50,759 nt of DNA, from the sequence record OR896827.1; one strand, given 5' to 3'. Every line of letters begins with the position of its first letter. Position 1 is the first letter of the stretch. The notes beneath the pieces were generated by a model that was not told the origin of the DNA, ran no database searches, and worked only from the letters and a program-made list of their open reading frames with translations. The DNA is from Escherichia phage MikeNSara. Made by a program: the position numbers and the translations under genes. Shown one piece after another: positions 1 through 9,978 of this stretch.

Positions 1-1569
1 ATGATCATATGGGAAGATTTGACGGCGGCGCAAAAGCGAGCCATTAAAGAAATCAGTGAGCATTCATTCGAAAAGATGATCAGAATCTGGTTCCAATTAT
101 TGCAGGGGCAAAAATTCCAGAGCAACTGGCATTTTAGCTTATTGTGCAGTGAGGTAGAGAAGATCATCAATGGAGAGTCGCAGAATGTGATTTTCAACAT
201 TACGCCAGGTAGCGGTAAGACTGAGATTTTCTCGATCCACATGTCACCCTACGCGTCATTGAAAAGCCGAAAGGTGAGAAATCTTAACCTTTCGTTTAGT
301 GATGGCCTTGTCCAGCAAAACAGCAACCGGATAAAGGAGATTATTGGTTCTCCTGAGTGGCAAGAGCTATGGCCTGGTAAACTGGCAAAGGCGAGCGCTA
401 AAGATCTGATAGTCACCGAAGGCGGCAAGGTTAAATTGCAAGTTAACTCACGTTCTATTGGCGGCCAGGTAACAGGTTTGCGTGGCGGCTATATGGACGA
501 TGGTTTTACTGGTATGCTGGTTCTTGACGATCCAGACAAGCCGGATGATATGCTTTCTAAGGTCAAGCGTGAGGCGATCCACATGCGGTTAAAAAACACA
601 GTGCGATCGCGTCGAATGAAAGACACCACGCCGATTGTTATGGTGCAACAGCGACTACACGTTAATGATTCCACCTGGTTCATGCTTAATGGCGGGATGG
701 GTGGCATTGAGTTTAAAGTTGTGAGCATTCCGGCGCTGGTTACGAAAGAATACCGCGAAACGCTTCCTGATTGGTTGAAGCCTGAATTTGATCGTGATGT
801 GCTGTCAAGTAAGCCAGTGATGATAGATGGCGTCGCTCATTATTCATTTTGGCCTGCGAAGGAAAGCGCGGAGGAGTTGCTTGCATTGCGCAATGCAGAT
901 CCTTACACGTTCGCCAGCCAATACCAACAGCAACCAATCGCGCTTGGCGGTAACGTGTTTAAAACAGAGTGGTTCCAGTATTACGGCAGCGGAGAAAAGT
1001 GCGCACTACCAAAACCGGATCGCTTTGAATACACATTTATTACTGGAGATACCGCGCAGAAGGCCGGAGAGCTTAACGACTATTCGGTTTTTTGTTATTG
1101 GGGGATGTATAAGAATCGCGTTTACTTCATTGATGGCATTCGCGGAAAGTGGGAAGCGCCGGATCTTGAATTAAATTTTATTGCCTTCGTTAACCAGTGC
1201 TGGAAGCGCAATAAGGAGTGTGGCAGCTTGCGACGTATCCACATTGAGGATAAGGCCAGCGGCACGGGTTTGATTCAGGGGGCCAAAAAGAAGATCCCGA
1301 TTGATATAAATCCCGTTCAGCGAAGCAATGACAAGGTGACGCGAGCAATGGACGCCGCGCCAGTAATGAGGGCAGGACGTGTGGCGCTGCCAGAAAATCA
1401 CCCAATGCTGCCTGAGATACTGGCAGAGGTTGCAGCATTCACTTTTGATGATTCTCATCCCCATGATGATATTGTCGATAATATAGTTGATGCTGTTAAC
1501 GTCGAAATGAATTTGGCAGATGATCCGGTAGCAAGGATGAAAAAGCTGGCAGGTCTACGCAATAAATAG
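1..1569 (+). CDS. terminase large subunit
   Basis: 522-aa ORF with P-loop (TPGSGKT) near N-terminus and nuclease-like C-terminal half; sits immediately after the terminase-small-like ORF when the window is circularised; ATG at position 1 may be the true start. Confidence 0.8.
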   Translation: MIIWEDLTAAQKRAIKEISEHSFEKMIRIWFQLLQGQKFQSNWHFSLLCSEVEKIINGESQNVIFNITPGSGKTEIFSIHMSPYASLKSRKVRNLNLSFSDGLVQQNSNRIKEIIGSPEWQELWPGKLAKASAKDLIVTEGGKVKLQVNSRSIGGQVTGLRGGYMDDGFTGMLVLDDPDKPDDMLSKVKREAIHMRLKNTVRSRRMKDTTPIVMVQQRLHVNDSTWFMLNGGMGGIEFKVVSIPALVTKEYRETLPDWLKPEFDRDVLSSKPVMIDGVAHYSFWPAKESAEELLALRNADPYTFASQYQQQPIALGGNVFKTEWFQYYGSGEKCALPKPDRFEYTFITGDTAQKAGELNDYSVFCYWGMYKNRVYFIDGIRGKWEAPDLELNFIAFVNQCWKRNKECGSLRRIHIEDKASGTGLIQGAKKKIPIDINPVQRSNDKVTRAMDAAPVMRAGRVALPENHPMLPEILAEVAAFTFDDSHPHDDIVDNIVDAVNVEMNLADDPVARMKKLAGLRNK

Positions 1570-1585
1570 CACTAATTGCTAAAAA
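1566..1585 (+). repeat. degenerate copy of the 20-bp motif (no canonical spacer/-10)
   Basis: ATAGCACTAATTGCTAAAAA overlapping terminase stop TAG; followed by TATAAT after only 4 nt and then an intrinsic terminator. Confidence 0.5.
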
Positions 1586-1598
1586 GTTATATAATCAA

Positions 1599-1624
1599 GG
1601 CTGGATTTTTCCAGCCTTTTTTAT
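1599..1624 (+). terminator. intrinsic terminator
   Basis: GGCTGGA-loop-TCCAGCC stem followed by T-run. Confidence 0.6.
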
Positions 1625-1639
1625 TATGGAGATTTGACG

Positions 1640-2932
1640 ATGAGCGAAAAAACAAGGCTAGTTAAGGCCGATGGATACAACGAGATTTTCAAGGGTAGCA
1701 AGGGTAATGGGCGTGTAGAGTTGCCTTTCTTTATGCAAGGGTTCGAATACACCACGCACGCTGATTTTTACATTCGCGACGGCCTAGCAAAACGAATTAT
1801 CGACGTTGTTCCAGAAGAAATGGTGACGCCTGGATTTAATATTGATGGCGTGGAAGATGAGGAGAGTTTTAGATCTTTGTGGGATGAGAAGCGACTAAAC
1901 GATAAAATCATTGATGCGCTTTGCTGGTCGCGTCTTTTTGGTGGCGCTGCAATCGTGGCAATCGTTCAGGATGGCAGGTCGTTAAAGTCACCTGTAGCGC
2001 CTGGTGCAATCCTTGAAGATGTTCGCGTTTACGATCGCTTTCAGGTTAGGGTAGAAAAGCGCGAAACTAATCCACGCAAGGTACGATATGGTGAGCCATT
2101 AATTTACACCATTGCACCTGGTGCCGACTTGCCAGAATACCAGGTTCACTATTCGCGAGTCTGTATCATCGACGGTGAGCGGCTACCGAATCAGCGACGT
2201 CAGTCAAATGATGGTTGGGGTGAGTCGATCTTGAATAAGCGACTTGTTGAGGCCATTTGTGATTATAACTACTGCGAAAACTTAGCAACTCAATTGTTGC
2301 GACGTAAGCAACAGGCGGTATGGAAAGCTAAAGGTCTTGCTGATCTTTGTGATGATGATGATGGTGTTAACGCCGCACGTTTGCGCCTTGCTCAAGTTGA
2401 TGATGAGGGTGGCGTAGGCCGTGCGATCGGCATTGATGCGGAAGATGAGGAATATGATGTTTTAAATTCTGATATTTCCGGCGTCGATTCATTCCTGGAA
2501 AAGAAGATGGATCGCATTGTATCTCTTTCCGGCATCCATGAAATCATCCTCAAAAATAAGAACGTTGGCGGTGTTAGCGCGAGCCAAAACACGGCGCTTG
2601 AAACCTTCTACAAGCTGATCGATCGAAAGCGAAAGGAAGAATACAAACCAATCCTTGAATTTCTGATCCCGTTCCTGATTCAAGAGGAAGAATGGAGTAT
2701 TCAGTTTGCGCCGTTAAGCGTTCCCAGCGAAAAGGACCAGGCCGAGATCTTGAACAAGAATATTGATTCTTTGAGCAAGGCTATTGACGGTCAATTCATG
2801 GATACAGAGGAGGCGCGCGACACATTGCGAGCCATTGCGCCTAACGTTAAACTAAAAGACGGCAATAACATTAAATTACCTGAGCAGGACGTAGAGCCGG
2901 AGCCAGGAACAACCGAGGGTAACGATCAATGA
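1640..2932 (+). CDS. portal protein
   Basis: ~430-aa ORF directly after terminase; start moved from TTG 1634 to ATG 1640 with GGAG 8 nt upstream; acidic C-terminus typical of portals; position in morphogenesis order. Confidence 0.7.
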   Translation: MSEKTRLVKADGYNEIFKGSKGNGRVELPFFMQGFEYTTHADFYIRDGLAKRIIDVVPEEMVTPGFNIDGVEDEESFRSLWDEKRLNDKIIDALCWSRLFGGAAIVAIVQDGRSLKSPVAPGAILEDVRVYDRFQVRVEKRETNPRKVRYGEPLIYTIAPGADLPEYQVHYSRVCIIDGERLPNQRRQSNDGWGESILNKRLVEAICDYNYCENLATQLLRRKQQAVWKAKGLADLCDDDDGVNAARLRLAQVDDEGGVGRAIGIDAEDEEYDVLNSDISGVDSFLEKKMDRIVSLSGIHEIILKNKNVGGVSASQNTALETFYKLIDRKRKEEYKPILEFLIPFLIQEEEWSIQFAPLSVPSEKDQAEILNKNIDSLSKAIDGQFMDTEEARDTLRAIAPNVKLKDGNNIKLPEQDVEPEPGTTEGNDQ

Positions 2933-3684
2933 TAGTGAAAGGCGTCGTTAAACAATGGCGCTTTCCTGAAGCAAGCGAGCGGCAATTGCGCCGCTCAATT
3001 CAGGAGGCGATAAGGGATCTTGTTGTGCTGATGCGCAGCAAAACAAAGGAAATGAAATTTGACGCGGACACCGAAGAAATCAACGCCGCAGAGGATGAGA
3101 TTAGTAGCTTCGCGTTAAAGCTAATAGCTGGCATCGCCGCATCACTTCCGGCTATCGGCCTTGCTGTTTATAAATTCAACGCAAAGCAATTTATTAACGT
3201 AGCGAAATCAACGGGAGGTAAGTCAAATTCAGCCGTTATCATCCTTATGGCTATTGGGGCCAATGCGAATGAGAGTTGGTATAGGACGCTATACGGTCAA
3301 TGGCATGACATGACGATCGCATCTCTTCAAAAACTATTTGGAAACATCGTGTCTGACTGGTCAACCAATATTAGATCGGCAAACTTTCGCGGAATGAGAG
3401 ATAGTCAGGTTAATGAATTGGCTGGTAAGAGATTTGCAGTGTATAGCTCTTGGGGTAAGACAAGGGCTGAAAATATCATAGGCGCTTGGAATAGTAGACT
3501 CATGCGCCAGCGTCTTTATGATGCAAAAGTAACTCATTATTTTTGGCATGGTATGCTTGATGACAGAGAACGATTGCAGCATGTACAATGGGAAGGTAAG
3601 CGCATTGCGCTAGATTCTGAACATGATTTTCCTGGTGAGCCTTTCGGTTGTCGTTGTTGGGCCATACCAGATTGGAACAGTTAA
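2929..3684 (+). CDS. head morphogenesis protein (Mu F / SPP1 gp7-like)
   Basis: ATGA overlap with portal stop; C-terminal HxxH...GxxxCRC pattern resembles Mu-F minor head protein family; position after portal. Confidence 0.65.
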   Translation: MIVKGVVKQWRFPEASERQLRRSIQEAIRDLVVLMRSKTKEMKFDADTEEINAAEDEISSFALKLIAGIAASLPAIGLAVYKFNAKQFINVAKSTGGKSNSAVIILMAIGANANESWYRTLYGQWHDMTIASLQKLFGNIVSDWSTNIRSANFRGMRDSQVNELAGKRFAVYSSWGKTRAENIIGAWNSRLMRQRLYDAKVTHYFWHGMLDDRERLQHVQWEGKRIALDSEHDFPGEPFGCRCWAIPDWNS

Positions 3685-3694
3685 GAGGTGTTAA

Positions 3695-4810
3695 ATGAAG
3701 GCAAAACAAAGATTTGATAGCGCCAAAGTAAAGGCGCACTTTGATGATAACGGTTTTTTAGTTGATCGCCCTATCGTGGCGCGAATTGGTTTACAAGTCT
3801 ATCAGACTCCTTTCGGTGAGCGCAGAGAATTTCGTCCGGCGTCCGAAGTATTCAAGGCCGACTCACTCGCCACCTTCGCAGGGAAGCCAGTCACGGTTGG
3901 TCACGTTACGGTAACTCCAGAAAACGCCGAAAAGGTTGTGGTTGGTTCTTGTGCTGGCGCTGGTGTGCCGAACGGGATCGGCGTAGAGGTTCCGTTAAGC
4001 ATTTACTCAAAACGAGCAATCGAAAGCGCGAAGAAGCGAGACACGGCTGAAATTTCAGTTGGTTATACATCGGTTGATATTGATAAACCAGGCTGGGGCA
4101 ATAATAAAACTGGTGAGTACGTTTTCGATGAGGATGTTAGCGAAGACTGGAAACCTGATTCTCCTGATTGGGTTAAGTTTGATGCAATCCAGACTGAAAT
4201 CAAGGTAAACCACATCGCGTTAGTTTTCCGAGGTCGAGCTGGCATTGCAAAATTAAACCTTGATAGCCAGCAAGATTTTCCGTATAGTGACGATGTTATT
4301 AACAACAAAGAGGATCAAATCATGACTGTAAAAATTAAACTGGATGGCGCTGTAGAATTTGATGTGCCGAAAGCAGTTGCGGATCACATTGAAACGCTTA
4401 AAGCTGATGCCAAAGCACAGAAAGAAAAGGCGGACAGCCTGGAAGCTGAGCGAGACGCACTGCAAACCAAAGTAGATGGCATTCAGGATCAGATTGATGC
4501 CGCAGTCAAGAAGGCCAAAGAAGATGCCGAGCAATATGCTCAATTAGTGGCAGACGCTAAAGAGTTAGGCATCAAGTGCGACGGCCTGGATGCGAAAGCA
4601 ATCAAGGTTGCATACATTAAAGAAGTTATGGGCAATGACGTTTCCGATAAAACTGATGCCTATATCGAAACAGCTTTCGACATCGCCAAAAACTCTGATA
4701 AAATGGCGGCGCAGCGTAAGAGCATTAAGGGTGACTCTTTCGCGAATGAAAAACAGGATGAAGCAGGTTCTAAGCTGAATCCTAACGCTCGTTTTGAGAA
4801 ACTGAAATAA
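3695..4810 (+). CDS. putative scaffold / prohead core protein
   Basis: RBS AAGAGGTG; C-terminal third is K/E/A/D/Q-rich predicted coiled coil typical of scaffolds; sits between head-morphogenesis and capsid genes. Confidence 0.5.
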   Translation: MKAKQRFDSAKVKAHFDDNGFLVDRPIVARIGLQVYQTPFGERREFRPASEVFKADSLATFAGKPVTVGHVTVTPENAEKVVVGSCAGAGVPNGIGVEVPLSIYSKRAIESAKKRDTAEISVGYTSVDIDKPGWGNNKTGEYVFDEDVSEDWKPDSPDWVKFDAIQTEIKVNHIALVFRGRAGIAKLNLDSQQDFPYSDDVINNKEDQIMTVKIKLDGAVEFDVPKAVADHIETLKADAKAQKEKADSLEAERDALQTKVDGIQDQIDAAVKKAKEDAEQYAQLVADAKELGIKCDGLDAKAIKVAYIKEVMGNDVSDKTDAYIETAFDIAKNSDKMAAQRKSIKGDSFANEKQDEAGSKLNPNARFEKLK

Positions 4811-4822
4811 GGAGTAATTAAA

Positions 4823-5332
4823 ATGGCTAAAATTGGAGCAAGTTATTTTGACACTATGGCGCGTGCGCTTCCTGGTCAGGTATCCGACACGTCAGCATAT
4901 AACATCGACGGCGCTTGCGTTCTTGACAAGGAAGACGGCATCCCAATCCTGGTTGGCGTGGCTGTTAAGCTAAAAGGCGTTGACTCAATGGGTAATAAGC
5001 TGATCGACGCTATTTCTGGTGGTGGTGATGTTCCTTATGGCGTTGGCGTTCGTTCGCACTTTCAAACCACGACTGATAATGGTCGAATGGTTTATGAGGC
5101 TGGCGGCGGAATCAACGTTATGACCGAGGGCCGTGTTTGGATGATTGGCGATGATTCCGATAAAAGCAAAAAGCCAGAATATCGTGAGCCTGTAAAAATT
5201 GATGAAAACTCTGGCAAGGTGAAAAGTGCTGGCGCTATCAATACAAACTGGGTTTACACTGGCGATAAAACCACTTTTGGAACTGGTAATAATATGTTGA
5301 CTTTGTTTGAAGTTCAGGTCTTCCCAAGCTAA
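4823..5332 (+). CDS. capsid-associated structural protein (decoration-like), paralog 1
   Basis: RBS GGAG; shares YNIDG and RG.VW motifs with the next ORF; followed by intrinsic terminator. Confidence 0.45.
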   Translation: MAKIGASYFDTMARALPGQVSDTSAYNIDGACVLDKEDGIPILVGVAVKLKGVDSMGNKLIDAISGGGDVPYGVGVRSHFQTTTDNGRMVYEAGGGINVMTEGRVWMIGDDSDKSKKPEYREPVKIDENSGKVKSAGAINTNWVYTGDKTTFGTGNNMLTLFEVQVFPS

Positions 5333-5336
5333 AATC

Positions 5337-5362
5337 AAGGCGCTCGCTTGAGCGCCTTTTTT
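5337..5362 (+). terminator. intrinsic terminator
   Basis: AAGGCGCTC-GCTT-GAGCGCCTT stem plus T6. Confidence 0.7.
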
Positions 5363-5382
5363 ATTATGTAAGGAGAAATGAA

Positions 5383-6165
5383 ATGGCTAAAGATTATTCA
5401 TCTGTTATGGGTCTTTCTTGTCCTGGTTGTTTGGTTGATTCTACTCGCTACAATATTGATGGTACTGGCGTTTGTGGTTCTGAATCGATCATTGCTGGTA
5501 AGGTTGTTTTCTTTAAGGAGAGAATCGGCGGTTACAATATATTTGTTGACCACAAAGAGGAGGACGCTGTGGTTGCGGGTGTTGCGCTAAGGAGCAACAT
5601 AACAACGACAGTTAACGAGGAAGACGGGTATTCCGACTACAAGGAAGGAGACGCCATCAACATTTTGACAAGAGGTGTTGTATGGTGTGTAACTCAAACA
5701 ATTGAATCTCCCCCTGAGCATGGGGATCTTGTTTATGTTAACAATGATGGTTTTGTAGCAAAGAGTGATGGCGATGAAATCGTCGATGGCTGGATTTTTA
5801 CTGGTGACTTCTACAAGTTTGATGAAACAATAAACATAGTCGGAGTCAGAATAACGCCGCTTTATCATAGAAAATATCTTCTCACTGGTGCGATCATTGA
5901 GGCTGAAAATGGATACATAGAGGGAACAGAGACGATTGATAACGTACAATTAAAGGTGACAGTTGTTCCGACTTGGGCCGATGACAAAACTGGTCAGTGG
6001 ACAATTACAAATCCACAAGATCCAATGGTTGCCAGTGTTAGTCGAACAGGCCTTGTTGTTCCTACTGGTGTGGGAGGTAGAGTTAACGTCAACTGGACTG
6101 CTAATGATGGTTCTGGAGTTGCTGACCAGTTTGATATTGTATTTACGAAAACCGCTGGCGAATAA
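5383..6165 (+). CDS. capsid-associated structural protein with C-terminal Ig-like domain, paralog 2
   Basis: RBS AAGGAG; N-terminal half paralogous to 4823..5332 (YNIDG, RGVVW); C-terminal beta-rich T/V/G region resembles Ig-like (Big_2-type) decoration domains. Confidence 0.45.
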   Translation: MAKDYSSVMGLSCPGCLVDSTRYNIDGTGVCGSESIIAGKVVFFKERIGGYNIFVDHKEEDAVVAGVALRSNITTTVNEEDGYSDYKEGDAINILTRGVVWCVTQTIESPPEHGDLVYVNNDGFVAKSDGDEIVDGWIFTGDFYKFDETINIVGVRITPLYHRKYLLTGAIIEAENGYIEGTETIDNVQLKVTVVPTWADDKTGQWTITNPQDPMVASVSRTGLVVPTGVGGRVNVNWTANDGSGVADQFDIVFTKTAGE

Positions 6166-6190
6166 CTAATAGCATAAAAAAACATTGCAC

Positions 6191-6209
6191 GTTTAACAAA
6201 AAGTGCTAT
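6191..6209 (-). repeat. 20-bp motif copy in reverse orientation inside late operon
   Basis: GTTTAACAAAAAGTGCTAT on + strand (complement of motif), immediately upstream of terminator 6216..6241; no good -10 at expected position. Confidence 0.5.
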
Positions 6210-6215
6210 CATCTA

Positions 6216-6241
6216 GGCCGTTACATTTAACGGCCTTTTTT
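6216..6241 (+). terminator. intrinsic terminator
   Basis: GGCCGTTA-loop-TAACGGCC stem plus T6. Confidence 0.65.
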
Positions 6242-6255
6242 ATGGAGGAAGCAAA

Positions 6256-7227
6256 ATGACTAAAAAATATGATGAACTAGATGCTACGATTGTGGCGAAT
6301 CATTTGCAGATTCAGGGTGTTAAGTCCGACGCTTCTGATATGGGTATTTGGACCGCTCAAGAGCTACACAAGATCCGCTCTACCGCATACGAGAAAGAGT
6401 ATCCGGCAGGTTCCGCGCTTCGCGTATTCCCTGTAACAAACGAGCTTTCTGATACTGACAAGACTTTCGAATATCAGACTTTTGATAAGGTTGGCTACGC
6501 GAAAATTATCGCCGACTACACCGATGATCTGCCGACTGTGGACGCGTTGATGACTTCTGAGTTTGGCAAAGTGTTCCGCCTGGGTAACGCTTATCTGATC
6601 TCCATTGATGAGATTAAAACAGGTCAGCGAACTGGCAAGAGCCTGTCAACTCGCAAGGCTAACGCTGCGCAAAATGCGCATGATCAGTTGATTAACTTCC
6701 TGGTGTTCAAAGGTTCCAAGCCTCATAAGATCGTTTCCGTTTTCGATCATCCTAACCTTACGAAAATTGTTTCTAAAGGCTGGATGAGCCAGGACGGCAA
6801 TACCAAGTTCCCGGAAGTGGCAAGCGATGAACTGGAGGCCGCAATCGAAACGATCGAGGAAGTAACCAAAGGTCAGCACCGCGCGACCAATATCCTGATC
6901 CCGCCGTCCATGCGCAAAGTCCTGACGGTTCGAATGGAAAATACCACTGAAAGTTATCTGGAATACTTCCAGAAGCAAAACGGCGGTATCACTATCGACT
7001 CTATCGCAGAGCTTGAGGATATTGACGGCAAAGGTACGAAAGGTTGCTTGGTTTACGAAAAAGATCCAATGAACATGAGCATTGAGATTCCAGAAGCGTT
7101 TAACATGCTTCCGGCGCAGCCAAAAGACCTACATTTCAAGGTTCCTTGCACTTCCAAGTGTACTGGCCTTACGATTTATCGTCCGTTTACGATGGTGCTC
7201 ATTACCGGCTTGAAAAAAGCTGAGTAA
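6256..7227 (+). CDS. major capsid protein
   Basis: 323-aa ORF with strong RBS GGAGG, bracketed by intrinsic terminators (high-expression unit); position in head module. Confidence 0.65.
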   Translation: MTKKYDELDATIVANHLQIQGVKSDASDMGIWTAQELHKIRSTAYEKEYPAGSALRVFPVTNELSDTDKTFEYQTFDKVGYAKIIADYTDDLPTVDALMTSEFGKVFRLGNAYLISIDEIKTGQRTGKSLSTRKANAAQNAHDQLINFLVFKGSKPHKIVSVFDHPNLTKIVSKGWMSQDGNTKFPEVASDELEAAIETIEEVTKGQHRATNILIPPSMRKVLTVRMENTTESYLEYFQKQNGGITIDSIAELEDIDGKGTKGCLVYEKDPMNMSIEIPEAFNMLPAQPKDLHFKVPCTSKCTGLTIYRPFTMVLITGLKKAE

Positions 7228-7238
7228 TTAGATAACAT

Positions 7239-7269
7239 GGGGAGCCTTAAGGGTTCCCCTTTTTTTTTA
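7239..7269 (+). terminator. intrinsic terminator after major capsid gene
   Basis: GC-rich hairpin followed by T10. Confidence 0.7.
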
Positions 7270-7286
7270 TTTATGGAGTGCATAAA

Positions 7287-7553
7287 ATGAGCAAAAATTT
7301 AAAACTTAAAGTAACTGGCGTTTGCATGATTATTATGGACGGTAAGCGTTATCATCCTGGTGATGAAGTTGAAATTGAATCTGAACGCATTAATGATTCC
7401 GCAATTGAATACCTGATCGCTCGCGGTGATGTGGAAGTTAAAGACAATTCCGAAATTAACGAGCAAATCAAGGCGAAAGCGGAGAAGAAGCGCAAAAAAG
7501 ATCCTACCGAGGGCAAGAGCCGCAAAGAGCTAGAGGACGGCGGCGAATATTAA
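7287..7553 (+). CDS. hypothetical protein (lysine-rich C-terminus)
   Basis: ORF after capsid gene; start moved from GTG 7278 to ATG 7287 with GGAG upstream. Confidence 0.45.
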   Translation: MSKNLKLKVTGVCMIIMDGKRYHPGDEVEIESERINDSAIEYLIARGDVEVKDNSEINEQIKAKAEKKRKKDPTEGKSRKELEDGGEY

Positions 7554-7558
7554 TAATT

Positions 7559-7580
7559 GGGGCGCTTATGCGCCCTTTGT
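7559..7580 (+). terminator. possible weak terminator
   Basis: GGGCGC-TTAT-GCGCCC stem with short T-run. Confidence 0.4.
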
Positions 7581-7599
7581 CACATCTGGAGAAAACAAA

Positions 7600-8019
7600 A
7601 TGGTAGATGAATTTTACACAGACGCTGAAATCATGCAGCAAATCGTAAAGTTAGCGCCGCCAATGCAACAAGTTGATCCCGATTTAATTGTGGCATGGAT
7701 TGAGCTTGCTAAAGAGTTTGTTTGCAAAAAGCGGTTTAAAAACTCATACCCGAAAGCGGTTGCGCTTTACACTCTTCACCTTATGACCTTAGACGGGGCA
7801 ATGAAACAGGAAGGTGAAAGCGTAGAAAGCTATTCCCGCCGCGTCGCCTCGTTCACTCTGACTGGTGAGTTTAGTCAGACGTTTGATCGAATCTCTTCCG
7901 ATACAAGCGGAAAGCAGATCCGACAAACGCCGTGGGGCAAAATGTACGAAGTGTTAAACCGTAAGCACGGTGGCGGTTTTGGCCTTGTAACTGGATTGCG
8001 CCGGAGATGTTGCCGATGA
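7600..8019 (+). CDS. head-tail connector-like protein
   Basis: ORF with RBS; position between capsid and tail genes. Confidence 0.45.
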   Translation: MVDEFYTDAEIMQQIVKLAPPMQQVDPDLIVAWIELAKEFVCKKRFKNSYPKAVALYTLHLMTLDGAMKQEGESVESYSRRVASFTLTGEFSQTFDRISSDTSGKQIRQTPWGKMYEVLNRKHGGGFGLVTGLRRRCCR

Positions 8020-8387
8020 ACTACAATGAGATTGCAAGAATGGCTACGGCTGGGATTAACTTTTTCAGCGACGCTAACGGTATGTTTAAGTGCATCACGC
8101 AGCAGGGTGGAGTTGAGATTATCGGCGGAGAGGAAGTTACCAAGCCGGAGATTTCAGTGATGATAAAGGGGCTTGTTAGATCCCCTAGAACTAGAGAGGT
8201 TGACGGTGAAACAATCCGAGTAACCGACAAGTTGGGGATATTCACCAATGAAACTGAGATCAAAAATGGTTATCAGATTGAAATTGATGGCGAACGTTAT
8301 GTTGTCGTTGAAGCAAGACCAGTCAGGCAGACTAACATCACGGCGGCTTATCGTCCGATATTAAGGAGGATTGCTGTGCATGGCTGA
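8016..8387 (+). CDS. head-tail adaptor-like protein
   Basis: ATGA start/stop overlap with upstream gene; position. Confidence 0.45.
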   Translation: MNYNEIARMATAGINFFSDANGMFKCITQQGGVEIIGGEEVTKPEISVMIKGLVRSPRTREVDGETIRVTDKLGIFTNETEIKNGYQIEIDGERYVVVEARPVRQTNITAAYRPILRRIAVHG

Positions 8388-8823
8388 TAACTATAAGATC
8401 AGGGAATTTCACGGTGATATAAGCAGGTGGATTGATTCAGTAAGCAGCGGCCTTGTTGATTGCGTTGAAATGTTCGCGACAAACGTCCACGAGGATCTTG
8501 TAAATCGCTCGCCAGTTGATACGGGCCGATATAAAGCCAACTGGCAGATAACAGCAAACAAGCCGCCGCTATATGCGCTCAACCAATACGATCGCGATGG
8601 TAGTAAAACCATTGCAGAAGGCAAGCGAGCAATATATGCAATCATGCGTGGCGGTGGCGCGGTGCGGTCAATCTATTTTTCAAACATGCTCATTTACGCC
8701 AACGCGCTTGAATACGGTCATTCAAAACAAGCGCCGTCCGGCGTACTTGGAATCGTGGCGGTAAAGCTGCGATCTTATATGGCTAAGGCAATAAAGGATT
8801 CGAGGGCAAAAAATGCACTATGA
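8380..8823 (+). CDS. neck / tail completion protein (HK97 gp10-like)
   Basis: RBS AGGAGG 9 nt upstream of ATG 8380; NRSPVDTGRYKANW motif typical of HK97 gp10 family. Confidence 0.5.
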   Translation: MADNYKIREFHGDISRWIDSVSSGLVDCVEMFATNVHEDLVNRSPVDTGRYKANWQITANKPPLYALNQYDRDGSKTIAEGKRAIYAIMRGGGAVRSIYFSNMLIYANALEYGHSKQAPSGVLGIVAVKLRSYMAKAIKDSRAKNAL

Positions 8824-9214
8824 TTTAATGTTGGCGGCAAGAAAGGCGCTGGCGGCTGAATATGAATCACGATTTAAGATAGCCTATGAAAACGTTGATT
8901 TTGTGCCGCCTGGAGATGGTTCTATGTGGTTAAAATTTAACTACATGGAAGCAGACACGGATCGCATATCTCTTGATAGAAAATGTGTTTCTTATATCGG
9001 TTTGGTTCAGGTTGGCATTGTCATTCCTCCTGGCGGTGGCACTGATAAAGCGCGTTTGCTGGCTAAAGAGATTGCGAGATTTTTCTATGATGGTAGAATG
9101 CTTGAAACTGGCTATATTAGCGAGGGGGCAAACGTCCACGCATTACTAAAAAGTGAAACAGGTTGGTTATTGCCGATCCGTTTCAGTGTTAGGCTTGACA
9201 CAAAGGAGGAATAA
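8813..9214 (+). CDS. tail terminator-like protein
   Basis: ORF overlapping upstream stop; position immediately before major tail protein. Confidence 0.45.
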   Translation: MHYDLMLAARKALAAEYESRFKIAYENVDFVPPGDGSMWLKFNYMEADTDRISLDRKCVSYIGLVQVGIVIPPGGGTDKARLLAKEIARFFYDGRMLETGYISEGANVHALLKSETGWLLPIRFSVRLDTKEE

Positions 9215-9216
9215 TC

Positions 9217-9879
9217 ATGCACTTGCCTAATGGTTCTCAAATTTTCATCGGCGTTAATATGGGTGAGCCTATTCAGGCTACGGCTATTTCAAATGCTGAT
9301 GATCCTGTTTTTACGACTGCAAACACTCAAAGCATCAAAAAAGGCGCTTATGTTCTTATTGAAACATCTTCCTGGGGCAAACTTGTTAGTCGCGTGCTTC
9401 GAGTTAAGGAGGTATCAGATGATGCAAGCGTTACTCTTGAGGGTGTAAGCACGAAAGACACCAATGTTTTTCCGGCTGGTTCTAATACCGCAACTTTCCG
9501 AGAAGTAAAATCTTGGGTAGAGATTCCTTGCGTACAGGATCTTGCGCAGGACGGCGGCGAGCAACAGTATTACACTTATCAGTGTTTGGCTGATGACCAG
9601 GAGCAGCAGTTACCGACCTATAAGAGCGCCGTTTCTCTTACCTACACTTTCGCGCATGAATATGACAACCCTATTTATCCGATCTTGCGCGAGGCTGAGG
9701 AATCCGGCGACGTAACCGCTTTGCGTATGTACGTTCCGAAAGCTAAAGAGATGCGTTGCTGGGCTGGCGTATTGTCCTTTAATGACATTCCGCAAACCAC
9801 TATGAACGAAATGGAAACTGTTTCCCTTTCCGTATCTCTGAAAGGTAGATTTACGTTCTTATCTTCCGACATCAATTAA
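9217..9879 (+). CDS. major tail protein
   Basis: RBS AAGGAGGA; 220 aa; followed by strong intrinsic terminator and then the chaperone with frameshift site (canonical V-G-GT-H order). Confidence 0.65.
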   Translation: MHLPNGSQIFIGVNMGEPIQATAISNADDPVFTTANTQSIKKGAYVLIETSSWGKLVSRVLRVKEVSDDASVTLEGVSTKDTNVFPAGSNTATFREVKSWVEIPCVQDLAQDGGEQQYYTYQCLADDQEQQLPTYKSAVSLTYTFAHEYDNPIYPILREAEESGDVTALRMYVPKAKEMRCWAGVLSFNDIPQTTMNEMETVSLSVSLKGRFTFLSSDIN

Positions 9880-9882
9880 AAC

Positions 9883-9906
9883 AAGGGGCGTTGCGCCCCT
9901 TTTTTC
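9883..9906 (+). terminator. intrinsic terminator after major tail protein gene
   Basis: AGGGGCG-TTG-CGCCCCT stem plus T6. Confidence 0.75.
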
Positions 9907-9944
9907 ATTCCTGTAAAATCAATCTATCAAATAAATCAATTCCA

Positions 9945-9964
9945 CTTTTAACAAAAAGTGCTAT
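9945..9964 (-). repeat. 20-bp motif copy in reverse orientation inside late operon
   Basis: CTTTTAACAAAAAGTGCTAT on + strand between major tail terminator and chaperone gene; -10-like TAGATT weak. Confidence 0.5.
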
Positions 9965-9978
9965 AAGGAGATCTTGAG

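Noticed and set aside
5378-5590. 70-aa + strand ORF
   Set aside because: Alternative frame at the start of structural gene 5383..6165; hydrophobic low-complexity product.
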